Source: Tubiluchus corallicola
Lineage: Eukaryota; Animalia; Priapulida
NCBI GenBank assembly: GCA_030141605.1
Contig: JAQGDQ010000327.1
Span: 204,147-268,146, forward strand
DNA length: 64,000 nucleotides
Direction of reading: 5' to 3'
The notes beneath the pieces were generated by a model, which was not told the DNA's origin, ran no database searches, and worked only from the letters and a program-made list of their open reading frames with translations. Positions within the stretch are counted from its first letter, which is position 1. Each line of letters starts with the position of its first letter. Made by a program: the position numbers and the translations under genes. Below, piece after piece: positions 55,293-64,000 of this stretch.

Positions 55293-55516
55293 GTTGTAGT
55301 TGGTTTCACGTCTACCGTTGGTTTTTCTCCTGAAGAAATTACACTAACTCCAGGCATTCTTTTTGGTTCTTCTAGTTTTTTCACTCCCGTGCGTTTCGTA
55401 TAACAGCAGACCAGTACGAACGCAATGAGTCCAACGATCAATACCAAGCAGAGTAATACAATGGTTATGATCAGATTTTGGTTTGGTGATTCTCTCACAG
55501 GTTCTTGTATAACTGG
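55293..55516 (-). CDS. Isolated exon of a single-pass membrane protein (TM plus juxtamembrane)
   Basis: ttgcag|PVIQEPVRESPNQN-LIITIVLLCLVLIVGLIAFVLVCCY-TKRTGVKK..|gtggg: hydrophobic helix, Cys pair, basic stop-transfer residues. Confidence 0.6.
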
Positions 55517-56319
55517 CTGCAATTATGGAAAGCATTTTGATAAAAATTTAGCATTTTTCAGACGACTGCAATGAAGTAATGCAAAGTTTTCACACTGACA
55601 AAGTAAACTAAATTCAATGTTTTTAACTAAATGATCAACTATGATTGTTCATCAAATTCTTACTAGCTATACGTTGTTAATGATTTTGTATTTTACCATA
55701 CATGGTAGTCAACCATCTGAATTTTTATACTTTACAAAATTCACTTGTAAAGATTCATCAAGGTGAGGTAAATAGCAAACTGATCACAATGTGTGCTTGG
55801 TAACTGAAGTTCAAGAATGCACAAGCTGATCATTAAATGGAAGAGTGACTGCCAGGCTCACTACTTGCTCTTGCTTTCGTTTACCACAATACTGATTCTG
55901 ACTGTCTACCTCATTGAGAATGGCTGCATTAACATACCATTGTGGTTAAAGCACCTCTGCTATTGTCTAGTCTTAACTAGGATAATGAACTAGATTCCCG
56001 TCTTGCTACAGCCATCCAAATTGAGTAGACCAGTGGGCCTGAATGCAAGAAACCAATTTGCAGTGTATTGATTTGTAAAACTTCGCACTTTATCAACCAC
56101 TCTTTTAGCTTATTTTATTATTTTTAATGCATTTTATACAGCAAAGTCCAACAAGCACCTAGAACTACAAATTATTCTGCGAAAATCTACCAAAGGCCCT
56201 GCAAAAAATTTTGCGTATAAATACACTTATAATCAAAAATATGCGAACATCCTACATAGTCCTCATTCATAACGCAAAGCGAGCAGCAGCTTTTACTGAA
56301 TTAAAGTTATAAACAGAGT

Positions 56320-56863
56320 ACAATAGAATGACGTCAGAACAATGTAAGATGTCAGCAGTTTTCCAAGCGAGAATTGCCAAAAATGGAACCTCCAATCAAC
56401 TCGTCGTAGCTCCTTTTGGTAGAGGCGTCCCAAAACGTAGCCCACATTAGCTTGTAGCCCAGTTCCTCCTCTTTCTAAAGAGCTATGTATCTCCTTCTGA
56501 GAATCCCACCAGGCCCCGCTAGAATAATTTTTCTACAGGCTGGGTCCAGGAAAATGCTTGTAGCGGGTATTAGTGTCTCCCGCTAAATCTAAATATGACT
56601 TTTACACCCACCGTTGAATGGCTATCTTACCATTACTGACACCGCCACCAGCACATTCCCATTCTCTAGAAATAAGCCGTATAATTTTTGCAAAAAACGG
56701 GCAAAAAAATGGCCATTTTTGGAGGTTCTTCGCCCTTTGTTCTAACCAGTTAACCCCTTCAAAAAATAAGCCCCCAGGTGCAAACCTATGGGTGAGGACC
56801 TTTCATTTGACATATAGATCATCGAGAATGGTGCCGTCGTCGGAGCCATAACCTCTTCGGCTT

Positions 56864-56900
<37 letters not shown>

Positions 56901-56930
56901 GCATGTATATATAGATATATATGCTATATA
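56320..56930. mobile_element. Non-autonomous Helentron/Helitron-like interspersed repeat ending in (TA)n/(ATGT)n
   Basis: Non-coding, GC-elevated block with ctttcatttgacatata-type motifs and a microsatellite end. Confidence 0.4.
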
Positions 56931-56974
56931 TTTACATTATATTAGATTATATTATTTAGATTATATATATTATA

Positions 56975-59745
56975 CAAGGACTACTATACTACAGGACGTG
57001 CACGCTGAAATCTCTGATTCGGCTAGCGGAGGCGATCAATACTTGCATGAACGTAATCTATAAATAGTGCGCTTTAGAGAGTAGTGATCTTGGAAATTAA
57101 AGAATGGGTGGATCGGTAGATAGCGAGTATTATTTTTCATTTAATTGGTTCTTTACATTACGGGAGAAAAGTACCAATTGTTTATTTTATGTATCAAAGG
57201 AAATTAGTGTTCATTTTTACTTCTTAAATAGCGCACTACTTTAGGCGTAAGTGTGTTTTACCGGAAGTAGTGCTTTGTCATTGTTAATGTGTCTGCTTGT
57301 GTTTGTTTTTTTGTGGATTATTTTCAAAATTTCTGGTGGATTTTATACATCTGTGCTCAGCAGCATGCCTAACAAGTGTGGTGTTGTTAAATGCAAAGGT
57401 AACTATGACACGGAGAACAAGTGTCGTGTGTTCAGACTGCCAAGAGATCATGTAGAAAAACAGAAATGGCTAAGTGTTCGTCCCCCACGCGAAGGCTTTG
57501 TTGTTGATCCAACGAAATTTTTCATTTGCGAAAAGCATTGACCATTTGATACTCAAATGGTCAAAATTCCAGGTGGTCACACCAGGCCAGTGGATCCACC
57601 CAGTATTTTCAACGTTCCAACATCATGCTTGCCCACTCCAAAGCCACCACCTCGCCCTCCAAAAACTGAGGACCAGCAGCTGAATTATTTCTTTAAAAAG
57701 GATAAAATAACTTCTCTCAATGACTTCACTCCTGAGAAAGACCTGCATAAGACGTATCAGAACCTCATTATATCTCGCACACAAGACAAATTTGTGTGCA
57801 TGTTCATGGAAGAGGACCACAGTCAATGTTATATGTCAATTATTGTTCACAATAAGCCTACCTTGTGTTCCCCTCTTACTCTGTATGCTTTCAAAAACGG
57901 GATCAGTGTGCCATTAAGTAAAATCCTCAGTCCGAACAATGGGCTGTCCTCTTACTCACAATTTTTCGCGGTTGTGAATTCTGTTGTCAACCACATTCAT
58001 CATGTTGATGATATTGTCAACAAAGTGACAAAGTCTCTTGAACTTGAACTAGCTCAAAATCGAGAACAATCTCCTAGTGTTAATGCTAAAGCCAAGAAGC
58101 TCAAATTTCTAACACGACAGCTTCGACTATTATGTGATAAGATTTTCACAGTGTCTGATTATTGCTTTGCAATAGAGTCATTTCCCCATTGCAATTACGA
58201 ACAACTGCGTGACTTGTCAGAGATTATCGTTTGACAAGAAAACTGTTGGCTCATTTGCTGAAGTAAAAAGTCTTTACAAAGCTGAGAAAGACAATGTGCT
58301 CAAGTCAACACCTTTGACATATTCTGCAGTCTTCCCATCGAAACTTCAGCTCCAGAATGTGCAACATGTCCTGAGGGTGTTCAACGATCGTGTCGTTGCA
58401 TCGCTGAGACTTCGAGGAGCCCAGGACACTGCAGAATTCATTCAGCAAGTGCTACGCTGGTGGAATGTGGTAAATGTTTCTGCCAGAGGTCAAGACACGA
58501 GGATGAGAGACCCTGATCGATCTGCTCAACAAGATACATCTGATACTCTTCAGTCGTTGTTGACTCTGTTTAAGCAAACCGAATCAGGACACGGACCAAA
58601 TAGAATTGAATGCCTGACACATGATACGCGAAAAGCTTTGATTCAGACCACGGAGGGACTCCTCGCTATCTGTAGGCACTTGTTTTCTGTTGGATTTCAC
58701 TACGTATTATTGCGTGAACTTCAGAGTGACAGAACAGAGGGTGAGTTCTCAGTTTACAGGCAGTCAAGGGGGGCCAATGCATTCATGCAAGCTGGAGATG
58801 TCTGTTCAGCATTCAAGCGGAGACTGGCGCGTTTCTCTGCATCATTCCTGGAGTTTGTGGACACAGACACATCATCCGAAAGCCAGTTGCACACATGCAA
58901 TGGGATTGATTTCGAGGATGCCAAAATTATGGAGATTTGTGTTGACGAGACTCTTTCCAAAACTGAACTGAACGCGTGTTCATATGTCGCAGGTTGGTTG
59001 GAGAGTAAGTGCCAAAATGACATTTCTTTTCCCGAGGATGAGCCTCTCCTTTCTGAGGAAATGAAAATGTTCACTGAAGAAGTGTCTAGGGGAGGTCTTA
59101 CAGTGCCCCACACATTCACGTTCGAATTCGTAACAACTGGCTTGTGTTTTGTGAAGAAGTCAACTCACACAGTCTGCTGCCGCAACAAGCTCATGAACAT
59201 CCTCTCCATAATCAATGCCTACTTTGATTTTGGAGAATTTTCAAGAAATGCTCTGAGACGCCTGGCGAATGTACTGCTGCATGGACTACACAATTTGGAG
59301 AAGGATCACCAGCAGAACTCAGCCCTTTACCAGACCTCCATTAAGAAGGCGCGACTAGCCGACTAATTGTCGCAAACATCTCTGTAAATGGTGAGTGCAA
59401 TAATTTCACGTATTCTAATTTACACAGAGGAACCTATGAATGAGTTTATATAGTCCTGACAAAATGGTGCAGTCTGTTTATTCTCTATAGAAAGTGACAG
59501 GTAATCTTCGGGACACAATGAGTTGCAGATATGGTGTGTTTTTTTTGGGGGGGATATCATAGGTACCACTGTTTTTAAATTACTAGATGAATGAGGAATA
59601 TGTTCTATGTGTATTGTGGCATGCTATATGTCACCATGGGGGGTAAATATGTCCAAATTATTAGCACTAAATGTTAAAAATAGATCGCCTCCGCTAGCCG
59701 AATCAGAGATCTGACCGTGCACGTCCTGTTGTATAGTAGTCCTTG
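56975..59745 (+). mobile_element. P-element superfamily (THAP-domain) DNA transposon, internal deletion derivative
   Basis: ~63-bp TIRs caaggactactatac..ggcgatc (56975-57037) and gatcgcc..tagtccttg (59683-59745). No clean TSD. Confidence 0.9.
57365..59366 (+). pseudogene. THAP9/P-like transposase, disrupted
   Basis: THAP MPNKCGVVKC..FRLP..W..ICEKH* (stop at 57539-41)..PSIF; C-terminal half QLQNVQHVLRVF, LQSDRTEGEFSVYRQ, YVAGW. The central region appears deleted at ~58215. Confidence 0.85.
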
Positions 59746-59749
59746 GTAT

Positions 59750-60658
59750 CATCTCATATATTAAGAAATTTCTGAACACCGAACATCTTCTAACATTATA
59801 CAACAGTTTAATATTATCATATTTAAATTACTGCACAACATTATGGGGCTTTACTTATACTACAAATTTAGAATGCTTAAGAGTTTTACAACGAAAATTT
59901 TTACGTGTCATCTTCAAACTAGACAAAAGGAGCACAATTACTACTACACATTTTAAGCAATGTCAAATATTACTTCTGGATGATGTTATTAATTTTAATG
60001 GATGTATATACATGTATAGAACCAACAACAACTTATTTCCAACTTTTTTTGAAAACCCAGTCAAGATAAATGTAAAAAAATACAATACCAGACATAATGA
60101 ATATATACCAAGACGTTGTAGAACAAATATGGCGAAACACTTCATTAGCTATATGGGACCAGTTCTATGGAACAGACTAAGCCGCAATTCGAAATGTAGT
60201 CACTCCCTTTTAACTTTTAAAAAAAACGTCAGAAAAGAAATATTTCAAAAGTACTAAGAGTAACACAATTTGATAATGGTAATAACCTGCATTTTTCCTA
60301 CAGTAATCTTAATATAACGTGACTATGTTTAACAGGATACTGAACACTTTGTAACCATGATCACAGTTTTTCTTAGTTCTCGCTCCATTTCATCTTTCAT
60401 TCACTACTCCCCCCCCATTTTTTTTAAGATTTCCACATACAGTTTGGCCTGTCAAGCTATGCTTTTAGGCAACTGTATGTATCAAAATTATTCTGCAATG
60501 AAATTTGCACATGTATATCCCGCATTCTGTAATTTCTCGATAATACTGCATTTATTCATATTTATATTTATATTTACTTAAATGGAAAATTATCTGCATT
60601 TTAATGCTAATTGTAAGATGCAATGTGGAAAATGAATAAACTCTTGAACTCTTGAACT
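59750..60658 (+). mobile_element. 3' end of a CR1/L2-group LINE
   Basis: RCRTNMAKHFISYMGPVLWN, similar to 4140-4430; AATAAA followed by a (ctcttgaa)n tail at 60635-60658. Confidence 0.8.
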
Positions 60659-60659
60659 T

Positions 60660-62281
60660 ATACTTAGTTTTGGTGTAATTAATTCAGATTTTGTTCGCTT
60701 TCATCCAGTCATGAAAGTTTTTTAGTTCGTTGTTAATGATAAGTTGTAAAGTTAAAGACTTGTGCCATCAGCGAAAAGACGAGTATTAAAGTCAGTAGCA
60801 AGAGACAGGTCATTCATATTGTAACGTACAGCGGATGGCGCCGATTCTTTCGCCTTAGCATAGCTGTGGAAAAAACGTAAAAACGCACCTGCCAGTGCTA
60901 GGCCACAACCGACTAGGCCATTCCATGCCAACCTACTTGTACCTGCTATTCAACGGCTTCGTAATGGATCGAACTATTACAATGTAGAGGGGGATCGAAA
61001 TTAAATGGTATTTCGCCCCCGTAACACTGCCCTCCTCTACAGAACCAGAACGAACCAGAATGAAGCACGCAGAAGAAATATTTTTTTATTGAAAAGCAAA
61101 TTTACAAATATCAAAGTTTACAAATATCAAAGTAATACAAAATTTCTGTTACAATTTGGTAAAACACGGTAAAACAAGCACGCATTAAACTTCAACGTAC
61201 CTGCTAATATGGACTCTGAGAGCTCCGATTTTTGAACAATCAATAAGACGTGTTGAAAACGCACACAAGACTACAGCTACCGGCGACGATGAAAGAAATC
61301 CGTCGTACTGCACATTGGTTCTGGCAGTTCCATGTCATAGAGGCTGTTCGGTGATGTGCTGCTGCAGATCTAAGGTTGCAGGTTCGAATCCACTGGGGAT
61401 AGCTTAGGATTACCCCCCCCCCCCCCACCGTACTAGAACCCAGTATAACACAGAGCGGATGGTGCTGATGCTCTCCGCCGTTGCATAGTTGTTAAGAAAA
61501 CGTAAAAAAGCAGTAGTAAGAGTAAAATTACACAATTAAGTAACATCTAAATATCTAATCCATTGTGCTCCATGCCGGTTGTCATTACGGAGCAGGTCCT
61601 GAGGTGGAAAACGCACCTGCCCGTCAGCCCACGAAACTGACTAGGCCATTCCATACCAGCTACTATAGCTGATATGCAATGGCTTCGTAATGGATCGAAC
61701 CATCACAATGTAGAGAGGGGTCGAAAATAAATTGCATTTCGCCCCGGTAACACTATAGATAATGAAAAGCAGTGGCCCAAGAGTGGATCTTTGAGGTACA
61801 CAGCAGTTTAAGTCTAGTAAGTCAGAACATGTATTGTTAATAGTGGTGAACTGTTGTCAATTAATTAAGCTTCAAAGAGATTCAACACAGGGCCTCTGGC
61901 CTCTAATTCCATAATAATGTAATTTATGTAGTAGAATATCATGTTAGACTGTTACAAAGGCTTTAGATAAATCTAAGAATATTGCAAAAATGATTAGTTT
62001 TTTTGTATAAATTTAGAAGCATATTTTCAAAAAACTCAGAAGTAGGTAATGAAGCAGAGTAAGTTTTGCGACAACCAAATTGAAATTTTGTTAGTATATT
62101 ACGTGAAGAGAGAAATAATAAATAATAATATACAAATAATATTTTCAAAAATTTTGGAAACTGGCGACAGGAGAGAGACTGGACGATAATTTGATAGGTT
62201 ATTTGGCGAATCATGTTTATAACCTGGTTTTACTTTTGTTACTTTTAGACATTTAGGAAAATTTCTTTCAGAAACTGCGAT
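60660..62281 (-). mobile_element. LINE RT fragment interrupted by the TRIM and cut by the Polinton-like element
   Basis: NYRPVSLLSPVSKIFE, QFGCR, PQRSTLGPLLFIIY|MND..FADG. Confidence 0.8.
60820..61752 (-). mobile_element. TRIM-like miniature LTR element
   Basis: Direct repeats 60820-61026 (TGTAAC..GTAACA) and 61444-61752; ~420-bp non-coding interior; TSD ATAT/CTAT; minus-strand purine tract gtagaggagggcag next to the left repeat. Confidence 0.8.
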
Positions 62282-62559
62282 AGTAGTGTAAAACACCCCT
62301 AAAAAAGTGCGAAAATCCGCGAAAACCCCTAAAAAGTGTGAAAACCCGCGTGAAAGTGCGCACGTGACCGAAATCTACGAAAAAGCGCGAAAAACAAAGA
62401 AAAACGAAGAAAAGGCGTGTGAAACGAGGGAAAAATTTTGCAGTTTTTCCCCTCCCGCATGGCTTTATTTGGATCGAATGACCTTGAACTCTAGGTCACG
62501 TGACCAAAGTTCATTGACCCCTAGATGGCTTCTTTTTTGACGCCCCATTTTAAACCGCG

Positions 62560-62645
62560 CGGAAGCGCGCGAAAGCGTGTGAAAGCGCGTGAAAGTGTGT
62601 GAAAGCGTATGAAAGTGTGTGAAAGAGTGTGAAAGTGTGTGAAAC
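62560..62645. repeat. 10-bp tandem repeat (GAAAGTGTGT-like) in the terminal region
   Basis: gaaagcgtgt gaaagcgcgt gaaagtgtgt gaaagcgtat.. about 8 units; related units at 62300-62430. Confidence 0.9.
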
Positions 62646-62909
62646 GAGGTAAAAAGTGTCTCAAACGAAGAAAAAGGGAGAAGTGGAGTTCCCGCCGAGG
62701 ACTAATTAGTGCTAATTGGTGCTAATTGGGGAGCCCGCTGGCTGCCACCCCTCCGTCGCGTGCAAGCGTCCGTCCCGGGGGTCGGGGACCCCCTGCAACC
62801 CACCCCTCCATCGCGTGGAATCGTCCACTGCAGGCAATGAGGGAAATCTTTTTCCCGCCACTCGCACAGTGCCGGCCCTTTTCCGCGACCACTTCTCTCA
62901 CGGGTTTAG

Positions 62910-62953
<44 letters not shown>

Positions 62954-62956
62954 GTG
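62910..62956. repeat. (TG)n microsatellite
   Basis: TG run. Confidence 0.95.
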
Positions 62957-63127
62957 GAGATTTATTTCAAACGTCAAAGTTCGATAAATGCATTTTCACA
63001 AATCTTTTTTATTGATAGATTACAAAAATTTTTTTTACATTTTTTATGCAAAATACATACGTGCTAAAACTAGATTATTATTATGGTGACATTTTACGTT
63101 TTTTTCGCAAATTACAGTAAAACTACA

Positions 63128-63745
63128 CTAATGAGTACATGGATTGTCGTCGATGTGATACAGGCAAACGTTATTGTTGTTAAAAACGAATTCGTTAAAT
63201 TTGCGGAAAACGCGAGAGAAATCCTCGACGTTTGTCCCGCCCATCATTATTATGCTTCCGGTGTGAAAAATGTTCAGAGTAATTTGCTCGCATTTACAAG
63301 TTAGTTTGGGAAGTAGCTCCACTTCGTAAAACACTTCTCTAAAAGAATGCGTCGAAGGACGAACGAGTTCTTCGTACAGTGCACCCAGTTTCAATCTGCA
63401 GCGAATTTTGGCTCTGGCGGTGATGGTGCGAATTGCGATCCCGTCGGCGGGCGTCAGTCCGAGACCTTTCGAGAGTTCTTCGATCGCATTTCGTAGTACT
63501 TTTTCCTCGGAAAAACCGTTGGCCACCACGGAGCCGGAGGCAAAAATCATCAGCGTCCCGCCCAGTCGCTTTAGCAGAAGCATTTGCAGTTTCCTTTCGT
63601 AGCGTCTTCCGCCCGTTCTCCGCTGGAGTTCGTTCAGATCGAAGCGCTGCGAGAACGAAGCCGTGGCGATGATGTTGACCATTTGGACTGACACGTTAGA
63701 ACGTAGTTGGCAATCGTTTTGGACGCCCGAATCGCTCTGCCTCAT
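63128..63745 (-). CDS. Divergent intronless TATA-binding protein (TBP)-like protein, 205 aa
   Basis: Two TBP repeats: VNIIATA..DL..LMIFASGSVVANG and IRTITA..L..YEVELLPKL..LNIFHTGSIIMMG. ATG at 63745; AATAAA downstream (~63007-63012). Confidence 0.85.
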   Translation of the reverse strand: MRQSDSGVQNDCQLRSNVSVQMVNIIATASFSQRFDLNELQRRTGGRRYERKLQMLLLKRLGGTLMIFASGSVVANGFSEEKVLRNAIEELSKGLGLTPADGIAIRTITARAKIRCRLKLGALYEELVRPSTHSFREVFYEVELLPKLTCKCEQITLNIFHTGSIIMMGGTNVEDFSRVFRKFNEFVFNNNNVCLYHIDDNPCTH

Positions 63746-63999
63746 CCGTTGCTCTGCCAACGTATGGCGGGCGGCGGGTGCTCGCTTTCCAGATCCTCTA
63801 CGCGTATGACCACGCGATTTTTGGGGAGATGTTTTTTGACGAAATCGTACATCTCTGCTCCCTTGACGTAGGTGATCCTGCCTCTGGTGGTCTGTCGTAG
63901 AATGTTTTCCAATTCTGCGTACTCGATCATTCCCTCCTCCCACGAGATGCTGTGTATGTGTCTGATTAGGTAGTTGTAGGTGGATCGCTTGTGCTGGGG
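63742..63999 (-). CDS. 3' end of an uncharacterised ORF (5' part outside the window)
   Basis: Open from the window edge: PQHKRSTYNYLIRHIHSISWEEGMIEYAELENILRQTTRGRITYVKGAEMYDF..; its TGA overlaps the TBP-like ATG (ATGA). Confidence 0.7.
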   Translation of the reverse strand, partial: PQHKRSTYNYLIRHIHSISWEEGMIEYAELENILRQTTRGRITYVKGAEMYDFVKKHLPKNRVVIRVEDLESEHPPPAIRWQSNG

Positions 64000-64000
64000 A

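Larger units (their letters stand above)
62282..64000. mobile_element. Probable Polinton/Maverick-like element, left terminus (continues beyond the window)
   Basis: Abrupt end of LINE homology then AGTAGT start; ~700-bp non-coding terminal region with internal repeats and palindromes; CpG-rich, intronless, overlapping ORFs. No hallmark pPolB, integrase or capsid gene within the window. Confidence 0.6.

Noticed and set aside
61330-61400. Functional tRNA gene
   Set aside because: Only the T-arm/B-box is recognisable; no convincing acceptor stem or D-arm.
60820-61752. Retrozyme (hammerhead-containing LTR-like element)
   Set aside because: No CUGANGA..GAAA core found in either repeat on either strand.
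63746-63943. N-terminal extension of the 271-aa ORF-track version of the TBP-like ORF
   Set aside because: Non-ATG start and it overlaps the upstream ORF in another frame; ATG 63745 with the ATGA overlap is more plausible.

Overview
AT-rich invertebrate-type eukaryotic nuclear DNA dominated by transposable elements. A spliced minus-strand zinc-transporter gene (CDF family, SLC30A1/ZnT1-like) spans at least 2559-44085. I traced six coding exons with compatible splice phases. Its ~27.7-kb intron (3509-31201) holds a nest of BEL/Pao LTR elements, several LINEs, a solo LTR, a MITE and a Harbinger transposon with both ends intact. Further right are RTE LINEs, Helentron-like non-autonomous elements, an isolated transmembrane exon, an internally deleted THAP/P-element transposon and a miniature LTR element (TRIM). 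The most striking feature is at the right edge. A GC-rich element begins with AGTAGT at 62282, as Polinton/Maverick termini do. It carries an intronless, highly divergent TATA-binding-protein (TBP) homologue whose start overlaps the stop of a second ORF that runs off the window. All family assignments come from motif recognition by eye; no database searches were run.
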